Shown here one piece after another: positions 1-9,211 of a DNA stretch of 39,111 nt. Location of the stretch: positions 1 to 39,111 of IMG/VR virus record IMGVR_UViG_3300037692_000352. One strand, 5' to 3'. The stretch comes from a virus (lineage: Duplodnaviria > Caudoviricetes). Positions within the stretch are counted from its first letter, which is position 1. Every line of letters begins with the position of its first letter. The position numbers were made by a program, and so were the translations under genes. A model generated the notes under the pieces. The model ran no database searches, was not told the DNA's origin, and saw nothing but the letters and a program-made list of their open reading frames with translations.

Positions 1-127
1 TGTTCTCCGCGGGAAGCGGCGTCGTGGCGACGTCGACGGGGATCGCGCCCCGCCAGCGCATGCCGTTCTGGCGCACGTTGCCGTCGACGGTCTCCTCGCG
101 GAAGACCTCGGGCGTCGCCGGCTCCCA
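1..127 (+). repeat. Terminal direct repeat (copy 1), assembly circularisation overlap
   Basis: Bases 1-127 identical to 38985-39111; a gene reads through the join. Confidence 0.95.
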
Positions 128-229
128 CCCGTCGCGGAGCGTGGCCGTCATGAGGATCTCGTCCCACGTCCCTGCCTGCGTGGACCAGACGAGGTCGTCC
201 GAGAACTCAAGCTTGCTGATGCCTACCAT
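1..229 (-). CDS. 5' part of putative tail tube protein A (138 aa, continues across the origin into 38984-38797)
   Basis: ATG at 229; MVGISKLEFSDDLVWSTQAGTWDEI... reads in frame into the 38797..39060 ORF after removing the 127-bp overlap; paralog of 38365..38784. Confidence 0.75.
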   Translation of the reverse strand, partial: MVGISKLEFSDDLVWSTQAGTWDEILMTATLRDGWEPATPEVFREETVDGNVRQNGMRWRGAIPVDVATTPLPAEN

Positions 230-232
230 GTC

Positions 233-451
233 CTACTCGGCCTCTGCCGGGTCTTCTGATGTGGGTGGTGTGACGATCTCCGCGAATCCGCGCTTCACGA
301 GGTGGTCGGCCATCTCGCGGGCCGTGAGCCATCCCTTGGGGTGGGGCCCCGCCTCGAACTCCTCCCCCTCGCGGATCTCGCCGTAGGGCCACGAGAAGGT
401 CTTGATGGCGCGGAGGTACTTGCCCCGAGTGCTTTTGGATTTCCTTGTCAT
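233..451 (-). CDS. Small virion-associated hypothetical protein (72 aa)
   Basis: ATG at 451 next to the upstream stop; MTRKSKSTRGKYLRAIKTF...; lies between tail terminator and tail tube genes. Confidence 0.7.
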   Translation of the reverse strand: MTRKSKSTRGKYLRAIKTFSWPYGEIREGEEFEAGPHPKGWLTAREMADHLVKRGFAEIVTPPTSEDPAEAE

Positions 452-452
452 G

Positions 453-962
453 TCACTCCACCGCGATCGTGAATGCCATATGGTGGGCCAGCGCTTCGGT
501 GCCGCTCGTGAGTGCCACGATGTCGAAGGACGCTTCTGTGGGGATACCGAGCGGCGCCGACGCCGAGGACAGCCATGCCGTCTGCCGGAGGACGTCGAGG
601 ACACTCCCCTCCCCCGTCGTCATCGCGTTCCACATGGCCTCGCTCGAAGAGGCGAGGTCCTCGTGGTCCTGGTAGCGGTACCAGAGTTCGACCAGGAAAG
701 TATCCCGCGTGTCGAGCGGGCGCTCCTGGGCCGTCATCCGCCCCGGCGTCTGGATGAATCCCTCGCCGATGAGGTAGACGGCGCCGTAGCGCACGGGGTC
801 GCCCATAACGCGGCGGCGGTCCTCGGCGCTCGCGCCCTCAAGGACGGCGAGGCGGTAGTGCTCGTCGATGCGCCACGAGGATTCGTACTGCGCGCCTTCG
901 ATGGTCTCCAGCGTCTGGAGGATCAGCGCCGCGATCTCGGCTCGCTTGCCAGTCATGCTCAT
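453..962 (-). CDS. Putative tail terminator / tail completion protein
   Basis: ATGA overlap at 959-962; 169 aa MSMTGKRAEIAALILQTLE...HHMAFTIAVE; product from synteny only. Confidence 0.6.
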   Translation of the reverse strand: MSMTGKRAEIAALILQTLETIEGAQYESSWRIDEHYRLAVLEGASAEDRRRVMGDPVRYGAVYLIGEGFIQTPGRMTAQERPLDTRDTFLVELWYRYQDHEDLASSSEAMWNAMTTGEGSVLDVLRQTAWLSSASAPLGIPTEASFDIVALTSGTEALAHHMAFTIAVE

Positions 963-1504
963 GGCTGCAGCGCCTCCGCTATGGCTTCGCCCAGGCGCCC
1001 GAGGACGAGGGACTGCGTGGCGGTGACGGCGGGAGAGAGGAAGGCGCGCGCGCGCACGGTGCGCGAATGGGCCGAGACCTGGACGGGGTGCGGCGTGACC
1101 TTCCGGCCGAAGACGACGCGGACGGTCCGCGTGTGGGCGCGCACGACGCCCGACCATCCCTCCTCGTGGACGGGCGCGTAGGGCACGCGCGTCCCGAAGG
1201 TCATCTGGCCGCGGCCGCCGCTCCACGAGAAGACGTTGACGTCTTCCCTCCGCCCGGCACCGCCGCCGGCGCCGAGGGCGCCCGTGAGCGAGCGCGACAG
1301 GCGGCCCGTGACGATGCGGAGCGGTCCGCGGTCGTCCGGAGCCCGGGGCCCTACGCGCGCGCCGGCGTAGCGCATGTAGGCGCTCGTGGCGCTCATGGTG
1401 AGGATCGTCCGGATCGCGGGGCGGCTCTGGTCCACGGCCCGTTCCAGGCGCGCCGGGAATCCCGCGAGGTCCGGGTGCGGCGTTATCGTGACGCGCGTGC
1501 TCAT
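959..1504 (-). CDS. HK97 gp10-like / virion morphogenesis tail-completion protein
   Basis: Motifs TGRLSRSL, FGTRVPYAPVHEEG, ARAFL typical of the family; position after the head-tail connector. Confidence 0.8.
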   Translation of the reverse strand: MSTRVTITPHPDLAGFPARLERAVDQSRPAIRTILTMSATSAYMRYAGARVGPRAPDDRGPLRIVTGRLSRSLTGALGAGGGAGRREDVNVFSWSGGRGQMTFGTRVPYAPVHEEGWSGVVRAHTRTVRVVFGRKVTPHPVQVSAHSRTVRARAFLSPAVTATQSLVLGRLGEAIAEALQP

Positions 1505-2142
1505 ACGGCGAGGGGCCTCCAGGAGTGCAGGCGCTGCAGGATGCGTGTCCTCCGCAGGGGGTCGGGCGCCTCGATCGTCATCGGCACACTCCCCACCTGC
1601 TGGATCTTGCGCCCTCCCGAGTAGCGCCCTGCCGCCCGCACGTCAATCATGTGAAGCGCGAGCTCGCAGGCGACGTCATGCACCAGACCGTCCATGGCCT
1701 CCGGAAGCACGGTGAGCGCCGAGAGGCCCGTGATCGCCTGGAGCGTGGCGAGGGTCTGGTCCTCGCGGCGGTATCCGAAGAACCCCGCGAGCTCCGTGTA
1801 GCGCTCATTCGCGTACACGATCTGCCCTCCGGGGTAGGCCGTGCCGGCGGCCACCGTGACGCCGGAGGTCGTGACCTCGACGAGCGGCCACAGCGGGAGC
1901 CAGAGCATGGCCGCGTAGCCGTCGCGGGGTGACTCCTCCCAGTCCGAGGTCTGGAGGTGGAGCGTGTCCGCGTGGACGTGGAGCCGCCGCCCTACCTCCT
2001 CCTCCACCTCGCGGGATACCGTGTTGATGATCGACGCGAGGATGCCCTCGCCGAGGCTCGTGACCTCGGTCTCCATGCCCCCGACCGCCGCCTCGGCGAT
2101 GTCGGTCGGCACGATGAGCGCATGCGGCGAGAGCGTCGTCAT
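1501..2142 (-). CDS. Head-tail connector (HK97 gp6/SPP1 gp15-like)
   Basis: Synteny; 'INTVSREVEEEVGRRL', 'LPLWPLVEVT', C-terminal 'ILQRLHSWR' pattern. Confidence 0.7.
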   Translation of the reverse strand: MTTLSPHALIVPTDIAEAAVGGMETEVTSLGEGILASIINTVSREVEEEVGRRLHVHADTLHLQTSDWEESPRDGYAAMLWLPLWPLVEVTTSGVTVAAGTAYPGGQIVYANERYTELAGFFGYRREDQTLATLQAITGLSALTVLPEAMDGLVHDVACELALHMIDVRAAGRYSGGRKIQQVGSVPMTIEAPDPLRRTRILQRLHSWRPLAV

Positions 2143-2145
2143 GGG

Positions 2146-2394
2146 CTACTCCTCGGTCTCCTCCTCCGTCTTCTCCGCCTTGACCTTCTTGGCCACCAGG
2201 GGCCGCGTCTCGTACCAGCCCTGGCGGACGTGCGCGAACTCGCCCTCGGGAGCTTCGATCAGGTCGCCCGCGCGGAAGCGCCTCGGGATGCCGGTCACGA
2301 AGCCCTTTGTTGCGCCGGGGCGCAGGAAGTAATACCCGACCGCTTTGCCCTTGGGCGCCGGCGTGGGCGCCTTGGGCTCTTGCGTCTTTGCCAT
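2146..2394 (-). CDS. Small hypothetical protein following the major capsid gene
   Basis: 82-aa ORF filling the gap, with GC-biased codons. Confidence 0.7.
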   Translation of the reverse strand: MAKTQEPKAPTPAPKGKAVGYYFLRPGATKGFVTGIPRRFRAGDLIEAPEGEFAHVRQGWYETRPLVAKKVKAEKTEEETEE

Positions 2395-2416
2395 GATGGA
2401 TCTCGGTTTGGGCGAA

Positions 2417-2444
2417 GGGCGGCGACCCGCTCAGGCCGCCGCCC
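2417..2444 (-). terminator. GC-rich hairpin downstream of the major capsid gene (attenuator or mRNA-stabilising stem)
   Basis: Minus strand GGGCGGCGGCC-tgagcg-GGTCGCCGCCC; only a short U tail. Confidence 0.45.
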
Positions 2445-2469
2445 CCGCCTCATTCAGTCATCGGGCGAC

Positions 2470-3990
2470 CTATGCGGCCGCCGTGGTCAGGAGCGAGAAC
2501 GACGCCTCGAAGGCGCCCGGCACCGCGAAGGCGATGCGCTCGCGGGCCACCAGGATCGTCGCGTCCTGCTGCAGGGCGTTCAGGAGAATCGCCCCGCCGG
2601 CGTCCGAGATGACGCCCTCGCGGGAGGTGGCCATCTGCACGCCGCCCTTCTCGCCCCGGAGGACGTACTGCGAGGGGTTGCCGAAGATGACGTACGGCTC
2701 TCCGGCCGCAGCCGTCGCCGGCATGTCCTCGGACAGCACGTACGGGTAGCCCCAGATCCGGGCAATCTCGCCATTCGAGTCGACCGTGAAGCCCGCGAGG
2801 TTCGTCGATGCCGTGCCGCTCCCCTCGACCTCGATGATCGACAGGATGTCCGGGTGCATATAATATGCCGACCCCGTCCGGCGCGCGATCGTCACCTGAT
2901 CGCGCATCTGCCGCAGGTAGGCCAGGCTCGCCGATGCGTGCGTCGTCTCGCCCCCGGCCTGCGTGACGCCGACCGCGTTCGCCAGGTTGAGGAGACCGAC
3001 GGTCGAGCCATAAGTCGATCCGTCGCCCAGGAAGAAAGCCAAGTCCTCCTGCAGCGCGAAGGCCTCGCCGATCGACTGGATCCGGTACGGCAGGAGTGCC
3101 ACCTGCTCGTCTTCGGTCAACTCGTTCGACCAGCTGGTAAGGCCCGTGAGCTTCGACGGCTCCAGCGACGCCGTGCCGAGTACCAAGTCGGCGGCCGTGT
3201 AGAGCGCAAGTTCCGCCTTCCAGTAGGCGACCATCTTGGTCGCGATGCTGGTGAGGTCGAGCGACTTGTTCACGACCTGGATGGGCCGCGAGTTCGCCCG
3301 CGCGATGCTGTGCTGCTCGACGACGACATAAATTTCCGCCGCCATCGGGATCGGCACGTCGTAGGCGCCCGCGCCGTCCGACAGCGTGGACATCGTCCGC
3401 TGGATGGCCAAGCCCTTGAAGCCCGCATCCTTCAGGATGTCCTCGGCGACGGCCCGCTCGGCGGCCTGCAGCTGCGGGGTCACCGCCCGCTGCAGCTCCC
3501 GCAGCCGCGCCGTGAAGCGCTCGATCTTGTCCGGGTCACGCTGGGCCGTGGCCGAGAGGACGTTCATGAGCGCCACTGCCCTACGCTGCCAGTTCGGCGT
3601 GCGGTCCGCGATGACGCGGGTGGCGCCCGCGATCTTCGCGATGGCAGAGTCCTCCTTCGGGGCCTCGGTCTTGCGGATCTCTCCGAGCGCCGCACGTACG
3701 GCCTCTCGGACCGTGACCTCGATCGCCTTCTGGTCGTACTCGACGCCGTCGCCGGCGGGAACGACCGGGGTAGCGGTCTCTGTGTCTCCATCCCCTCCCG
3801 TACTGCCCACGGCCGCGACGATCGGAGCCGCCGCCATCAGGAGGCCGTCAGTATGGCCTGTGAAGCCCTGGAACCAGTCGACGCAGAGCGTCAGGGCGTC
3901 CGGGGCACCGATGCCCGTCACGACGAAAGCCGCGACGAGCATGGCGAACAGCGCGAAGAGCGCTATCCGCCACCTCTGAAAGTCCTTCAT
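2470..3990 (-). CDS. HK97-fold major capsid protein with hydrophobic N-terminal leader
   Basis: DGAGAYDVP, 'AYWKAE', 'LEPSKLTGL', 'EDLAFFLGDGS', 'RIWGYPYVLSEDMP', 'IFGNPS' capsid motifs; follows the prohead protease. Confidence 0.92.
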   Translation of the reverse strand: MKDFQRWRIALFALFAMLVAAFVVTGIGAPDALTLCVDWFQGFTGHTDGLLMAAAPIVAAVGSTGGDGDTETATPVVPAGDGVEYDQKAIEVTVREAVRAALGEIRKTEAPKEDSAIAKIAGATRVIADRTPNWQRRAVALMNVLSATAQRDPDKIERFTARLRELQRAVTPQLQAAERAVAEDILKDAGFKGLAIQRTMSTLSDGAGAYDVPIPMAAEIYVVVEQHSIARANSRPIQVVNKSLDLTSIATKMVAYWKAELALYTAADLVLGTASLEPSKLTGLTSWSNELTEDEQVALLPYRIQSIGEAFALQEDLAFFLGDGSTYGSTVGLLNLANAVGVTQAGGETTHASASLAYLRQMRDQVTIARRTGSAYYMHPDILSIIEVEGSGTASTNLAGFTVDSNGEIARIWGYPYVLSEDMPATAAAGEPYVIFGNPSQYVLRGEKGGVQMATSREGVISDAGGAILLNALQQDATILVARERIAFAVPGAFEASFSLLTTAAA

Positions 3991-4003
3991 GTGTGTGTCT
4001 ACC

Positions 4004-4930
4004 TCACGCTTTTCCGGTGATTCGTAAGAGTTCGGACCGAATCACAGGCGTCACCGCAAGAGCCAGCGCGGCGTAGTCCGCGGGGCCGGCCTGGCGACGA
4101 CGTGGGGCAGAGACGACGGGAGGCACACTCTCGGCGGGCCCGGGCGACGGATCGGGGTCCGGAGAGCCCCCCCGGCTCTCGGGATCCGCATCCTCGGCGC
4201 TCGTGGGCGCCGGGTCGCGAGGGCCCGCAGACAGCGAGCCTGCGGTCGTTCGGCCCCGGAGGGGCTGCAGGAATCCCTGCTCGTGCCCCATCCGGTCCAT
4301 CATCCGCTGCGTTACGAGCGCAGCGGGATTCGAGGGGACGCTGACGAGTGACCACTCGACGAGCTCCCAGTCCGTGATGCGATACCGGAAGTTGCGCCAG
4401 TCGCGCGGGTCTCCCTCCGGGTCGATCATCTCCTCGACGTAATCGTGGACCATGAAGCCGATGCTCGCAGCCTTCAGGAGGCCGCGCTTCAGCTTCCGGA
4501 ACCACCTCTCGACCTCGGGGTCGTCGTGGTCCCAGTCCTCGTCCGACAGGTTGGCGACGAGCGCCGTCTCCGAGCGGGAGACGGAGCTGGTGGCCGCGAG
4601 GAGTGAATAATCGTGGTTGATGAGCACGACGGGGTTGCGGCCGTACTCGTCGAGGCGCGCGCCCTTCGGCTCGATGATGGTGCCGTGGCGGTCCTGATCC
4701 ATCGTGTTGATCGTGACCGTCGTGCGGTTGTCCACGTCCGAGCCCGAGGCGCGGGTGCGACGCACCTCGATCGGGAAGTCGCGCCGCGCGCGCTCGCCGC
4801 GCACGGGGGCCCAGTCGGGGCGCTCGATGGCCGCGTCGAAGGCGAAGACGCCGGTCGTGGGCTCCTCGGTGAGGGCCGGAAGGGTCGTGGTGGCGGGCGA
4901 GAAGCCGGCCGTGACCGGGTCGACTTTCAT
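4004..4930 (-). CDS. HK97 family prohead maturation protease
   Basis: DRHGTII, NPVVLINHD, ASIGF, ELVEWSLVSVPSNPAAL motifs; ATG at 4930 preferred because it lies downstream of the promoter motif at 4955-4998. Confidence 0.92.
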   Translation of the reverse strand: MKVDPVTAGFSPATTTLPALTEEPTTGVFAFDAAIERPDWAPVRGERARRDFPIEVRRTRASGSDVDNRTTVTINTMDQDRHGTIIEPKGARLDEYGRNPVVLINHDYSLLAATSSVSRSETALVANLSDEDWDHDDPEVERWFRKLKRGLLKAASIGFMVHDYVEEMIDPEGDPRDWRNFRYRITDWELVEWSLVSVPSNPAALVTQRMMDRMGHEQGFLQPLRGRTTAGSLSAGPRDPAPTSAEDADPESRGGSPDPDPSPGPAESVPPVVSAPRRRQAGPADYAALALAVTPVIRSELLRITGKA

Positions 4931-4954
4931 CGTGCGGTGCGCAGAGTGGACAGG

Positions 4955-4998
4955 TGTCACGCGTAAGGTACGATGACCCCCCGCCCGCGACCAACGCG
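4955..4998 (-). promoter_or_regulatory. Putative late promoter, copy 1 (upstream of protease/capsid)
   Basis: Minus strand CGCGTTGGTC-N16-CGTACCTT-acg-CGTGACA; identical spacing at 9817-9860 and 27757-27800. Confidence 0.75.
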
Positions 4999-4999
4999 C

Positions 5000-5278
5000 C
5001 TACTCCACCAGGTCGGGGTAGCGCCGCACGAGGGACTGGCGCCCCGCGAGGTACACGTCGAAGAGCGCGTCCGCGACCTCCTCGTCCTCGAAGGTGGCGA
5101 GCGCGAGCACGTCCTTCAGCATGCGCTCCTGGAGGTCGCGGTCCTCTTCGAGGGCCTTCGCGTGGCGCACGGCGCGCGTCACGGCGGCGTAGGCGCGGTG
5201 CAGCTCACGAAGGAGGAGGAGGCTCCGGAGCCCCACCGTCAGGATGATCCCGATGATGATGGCGTCCGCGGTCGTCAT
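5000..5278 (-). CDS. Hypothetical protein with N-terminal TM helix
   Basis: ATGA overlap with portal stop; MTTADAIIIGIILTVGLRSLLLL then coiled coil. Confidence 0.6.
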   Translation of the reverse strand: MTTADAIIIGIILTVGLRSLLLLRELHRAYAAVTRAVRHAKALEEDRDLQERMLKDVLALATFEDEEVADALFDVYLAGRQSLVRRYPDLVE

Positions 5279-7368
5279 GGCACCGGGAGCATACTGCAAC
5301 GACACCCCACAACGGCGCTCGGGTCATTCGCATCCGGATCGCCGGGAAACGCGAGCTCGGTCGTCGTCCCCGGCACCGTCCATTTCTCGGTGACTCCGAC
5401 GACGACGCCCCCGAGGGCGCGGTGCGAGTCCCGCACGCGGTCGTCGCCCTGCTCCAGCCACCGCTTCTTCGTGGCACCCCCGTCGATGAACATCTGGATC
5501 TGCCCTCCCTCGAAGGCGCCGGTACTCGTGGTCTGCGCGATCTGGTGCGCCTTCCAGGGCGTCACCTCGTCGTAGTGCTGGCGGATGCGCCCCGCGAGCT
5601 CGTCGAGGCTGACCCGGTCCCGGATGGCCTGCTCGATGATGGGGTCGAGCTCGTCCATCATCGTCCGAGGCACCGACTTCGTCTTGTCCGCGAGCTTCGC
5701 GAGGATCCTCACGACCTCCGGAGCATCCAGGGGGATGGTGCCCGTCAGATCGAAGGCCACGCCCGCGAAGTCGTAGCCCGCGGCCATGGCCGCCTCTATG
5801 AGCGGCGCGAGGTCGGAGGCGAGGAGCTGCTGCCAGAAGGCGAGATCGAAGAGACTCTCCACCGAGAGGCTGGGCGGCAGGTCGGCACGCTGCGCGCTGC
5901 GCCCCCCGCCCGCGATCTCGTAGAGGCGCGCGATGACGGTGTCCGCCTGGCTCGTGAGGTAGGAGCGCGCGGCAGCGTCGAGCGCGGCCTCGGGCGCACG
6001 CCTCGCCTTGTCGATCTTCTTCCAGGCCTCCGCGTCCTCGTCGTCGCCGGCGCGCCCACCCACTCTGGCGACGTCTGTCGCCACGGCAGGGCGTCCGGCC
6101 TCACGAAAAGACCGCTCGGGTTCTGGGGGCTTCGCCGCGAGCGGCATGAGGCCCAGGGGTACCAGGACCTGGTCGCCGCCGTCGACAGGGTCCTCGCCGT
6201 CGCGCTCGCGGACCTCGTTGATGGTCCGGAGGCCGCTCCGGATCCGCCGCTCGTCGATCTGCGACTGCTCGTACTCGTCGACAGGCACCGAGTCGGGCAC
6301 GCGGATTTCGAGCACTCCCGGCTCGGCGCCGAAGATCCGCTCGAAGGCGATCGTCAGCTGGCCGGCCACGGACTCCGCCTCGGGCATGATCGTGTCGACG
6401 GCGAACACGAAGCGCGCGGCGTTGGCGTTGGCGCGGTTCGCGCTCTCCGAGTACATGCCCTGGGGGATGCCGCAGAGCCAGAAGAGGTGCGTGTCGGTGA
6501 GCTGCTCCACCTCGGTGAGCGCGAGTTGCTTGGCATCCAGCGAGATCGTCTTGGCCTTGAGCCCGCTCGTCAGGATGGGCACCCCCCGGAACTCTCCTGA
6601 GGCCATCTGGAATTTCTTGAACCTCGTCCGGATGCTGTCGACCGTCATCTGGTCGAGGGCCTGGTCCGTCTCGAGGAGGAAGGGCGGCACGCGCCCCTCC
6701 TTCATCATGTCGCGGGAGTAGAGATCCGAGTACGTCCTCTTGTCGAGCTCGTAGGCCGCGCGCTCCATCAGCGACTGCGTCTCGTAGGGCGAGATCGGAT
6801 CGGGGTGTCGAATGCGGATCACGTCGTCCACGGCGAGGGGAATGCGTTGCCCGTCTGAACGTTCGAAGAGCCAGGACGCAATACCCCCCATGCCGTCCGG
6901 GATTGGCACCATCTGGCCGAAGACCGGAAACACTTCATGGAGCCCGATGGGGATGTTCAGAGGCCCGCGCTCGACGACGAAGTCGGCGGGCCCCGACAGG
7001 TCGCGCATCATGGACACCCACCGCCAGATGTCGATGCGGGCTCTGTGGGGGTTGGGCCGGCGGATGAGTTGCCGCCACGGGTGTTCTATCTCCACCTCCT
7101 GGGACGTGCCGTCGGGGAGGGCACGCACCACGGTGGCGTCCGCCAGCACGCGCCCGATGCCCTTGGCGCGCATCCCCACGAACTCCGAGAAGACGCCGCG
7201 GTTGTTGTCGCGGACCTGCTGCTCGGTGGGGCGCCCGCGGTCCATGCCGCCCCACCCCGCCTGCACGCGGACGGTGGCCGTGTCGAAGACGTCGTCCGGC
7301 ACGTCGCGGACCTGGGGCGTGGGGCCCCGCAGGGCCTGGATGAGGTTCTGGAGGAGTCCCATGGTCAC
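5275..7368 (-). CDS. HK97-family portal protein fused to a C-terminal MuF (minor head) domain
   Basis: LIRRPNP, DDVIRIRHP, GLRTINEVR...DPVDGGD portal motifs; C-terminal KKRWL..GDDRVRDSH...FPGDP...GCRC MuF motif. Confidence 0.92.
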   Translation of the reverse strand: MTMGLLQNLIQALRGPTPQVRDVPDDVFDTATVRVQAGWGGMDRGRPTEQQVRDNNRGVFSEFVGMRAKGIGRVLADATVVRALPDGTSQEVEIEHPWRQLIRRPNPHRARIDIWRWVSMMRDLSGPADFVVERGPLNIPIGLHEVFPVFGQMVPIPDGMGGIASWLFERSDGQRIPLAVDDVIRIRHPDPISPYETQSLMERAAYELDKRTYSDLYSRDMMKEGRVPPFLLETDQALDQMTVDSIRTRFKKFQMASGEFRGVPILTSGLKAKTISLDAKQLALTEVEQLTDTHLFWLCGIPQGMYSESANRANANAARFVFAVDTIMPEAESVAGQLTIAFERIFGAEPGVLEIRVPDSVPVDEYEQSQIDERRIRSGLRTINEVRERDGEDPVDGGDQVLVPLGLMPLAAKPPEPERSFREAGRPAVATDVARVGGRAGDDEDAEAWKKIDKARRAPEAALDAAARSYLTSQADTVIARLYEIAGGGRSAQRADLPPSLSVESLFDLAFWQQLLASDLAPLIEAAMAAGYDFAGVAFDLTGTIPLDAPEVVRILAKLADKTKSVPRTMMDELDPIIEQAIRDRVSLDELAGRIRQHYDEVTPWKAHQIAQTTSTGAFEGGQIQMFIDGGATKKRWLEQGDDRVRDSHRALGGVVVGVTEKWTVPGTTTELAFPGDPDANDPSAVVGCRCSMLPVP

Positions 7369-8858
7369 ATGAAGGCTACGAGTACGGGAGAGGGCGCGAA
7401 GGCGTAGGCGACGGCGTCCGCGCGGTCTGGCGAGCGGCCCAGGCGCTCCTTGATGGCGTCCTTGGGCTCGAGCTGGATGCCGCGGACCGTCGGCTTGAAG
7501 CGCGGCGACGCGAGCTCGGCGGCGAGGAGCGGGTCGCTGGGGAGCGAGATGCCGTCACCCAGGTTGGGGTCCAGGGCTTCGCGGAGGCGCCAGTAGACCT
7601 CGGCGCGGCGGTTGGCGAAGCGCAGATACCCCGAGCGGCCGCCGTACGTCGACGCTTCCGAGGAGTTGAAGGCGACCGTCGGGAGGCCGTTGGCGGCGAG
7701 AGCGTCCACCACCGACGACCCGATGCCGATGGCGTCGACGACGATGGGGCATCCGTCCTCGGCGTGGCGCATGGCGAGCGCCGCGACGGCCGGCCCGTCG
7801 GGGGTCGTCTTGCCGGGGTACACGCGCAGGGGCTCCACGACGGAGCTGCGGCGCACGCAGATCACGGTCTGGTCCCTGCCGCCGCGGGCCGGGTCTACGC
7901 CCAGCTGCGACACGGGGTACACCTCGGAGGGCACGCGGTCCATGGCCGCGCGGATCCACGCCGTGGGGATGACGCTCCAGGGGTCCTCGATGGCGCTGGC
8001 CTGGAAGTCCCCGTCACGGAAGGCCCGCCGGATCTCCTCGGGCAGGGCGTCGAGGGCGCGGCCGTAGTCGGTGGCGAGGAGGTAGGGGTTGTCCTCCAGG
8101 CGCGCAGGGATGAAGGTCCGGCTCTTGGGGTGCACCGTGCGCCCGTCGACCTCGATCGGATCTGCCGTCTTTTGCCAGACGATGCGCTCACCCTCGTAGG
8201 CGTACCACCGCAGCTCACCCGGGCGCGCCGGCTCGGGGTGTGCGGGGTCGAGCCACGGCGCCCACTCCTCGATGATCCAGCGCTCCTCCTCGGATGTGGG
8301 GGGGTTCGTACCGGCGACGACGCGCGTGCGCTGTCCCTGCTTCACCGTGCGGTTCCACACGATGGACATCCGGTACTGCTCGCGCGTGAACTCGCTCAGC
8401 TCGTCGAAGGCCAGCAGGTCGTGAGGCCTGCCCTTGTACTTGCGCCAGTCGTAGGGGCGCGGCATGGATCCGATCTCGACAATGCGCCCGCCGGGCAGCG
8501 TCCACCGCCGGGTGTTGTGGTTGATGGCTACCGCGTAGCCCTCCAGGAGACCGTCGAGGGTGTCCTCGATCTCGGTGGCCTGCGTCGCCTCACGCCGGAA
8601 GATGATCGAGCTCTGGTGCGCCATGACCGCGAGGCCGACCTGTAGGAACGTCTTGCCTCCGCCGGCGGCGCCGCCGTAGAGCAGCTCGTCGGCCTCGGAG
8701 AGCGACGCCTCGAGCTGGGGCCCCGCGAGCGGCCGGATGTCAGGCGGTGGCGCGAGGGGCCGAGCCGTTGCTGCCCCATGCGCCGATGACAGCGTCGGGG
8801 ACATCATCCGGGCGGCCCTTATGCGCGTCCGCTCCAGCCTGCGCAAGAGCTTGCTCAT
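7365..8858 (-). CDS. terL: Terminase large subunit (true start may be near 8807)
   Basis: Walker A LYGGAAGGGKT, LLAFDELSEF, GTNPP, FIPARLEDNPYL, GVDPARGGRD, SPDRADA nuclease motifs. Confidence 0.95.
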   Translation of the reverse strand: MSKLLRRLERTRIRAARMMSPTLSSAHGAATARPLAPPPDIRPLAGPQLEASLSEADELLYGGAAGGGKTFLQVGLAVMAHQSSIIFRREATQATEIEDTLDGLLEGYAVAINHNTRRWTLPGGRIVEIGSMPRPYDWRKYKGRPHDLLAFDELSEFTREQYRMSIVWNRTVKQGQRTRVVAGTNPPTSEEERWIIEEWAPWLDPAHPEPARPGELRWYAYEGERIVWQKTADPIEVDGRTVHPKSRTFIPARLEDNPYLLATDYGRALDALPEEIRRAFRDGDFQASAIEDPWSVIPTAWIRAAMDRVPSEVYPVSQLGVDPARGGRDQTVICVRRSSVVEPLRVYPGKTTPDGPAVAALAMRHAEDGCPIVVDAIGIGSSVVDALAANGLPTVAFNSSEASTYGGRSGYLRFANRRAEVYWRLREALDPNLGDGISLPSDPLLAAELASPRFKPTVRGIQLEPKDAIKERLGRSPDRADAVAYAFAPSPVLVAFM

Positions 8859-9210
8859 CGAGGATGCGGATGGCGAGGAGCGTCTCGGAGACGCTGTTGT
8901 GCGCGGCGGCCAGGGCCGCGATCGTGTCGGGGTCCGCGGTCGAGGCGTCTCGCGACGCGCGCTCGAAGTAGTCGAGGAGGGCGCGGATCGCCCGCGTGGC
9001 GCGCGAAGCCCAGTCGTCGGGCTCCTTGACCTCAGCTGTCATATAGGCGACAGACTGCGACAGATCGGGATCGACGGACATCTGCTTGCGGTAGCGCTGG
9101 AGTGTCCTCAGGGTGATGCCGTACTCCCGTGCCGCCGCCTCGTCGCCGTGCATCTCCGCGTAGACCAGGGCCTTGGCCTTGCCGTCGATATCGAGCTTGG
9201 GGCGGGCCAT
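8740..9210 (-). CDS. Terminase small subunit
   Basis: N-terminal HTH (AAAREYGITLRTLQRYRK), helical body, directly upstream of TerL. Confidence 0.7.
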   Translation of the reverse strand: MARPKLDIDGKAKALVYAEMHGDEAAAREYGITLRTLQRYRKQMSVDPDLSQSVAYMTAEVKEPDDWASRATRAIRALLDYFERASRDASTADPDTIAALAAAHNSVSETLLAIRILDEQALAQAGADAHKGRPDDVPDAVIGAWGSNGSAPRATA

Positions 9211-9211
9211 C

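Noticed and set aside
1-127. Biological terminal repeat (T7-like DTR)
   Set aside because: 127 bp equals a common assembler k-mer length and falls in the middle of a gene; treated as an assembly overlap
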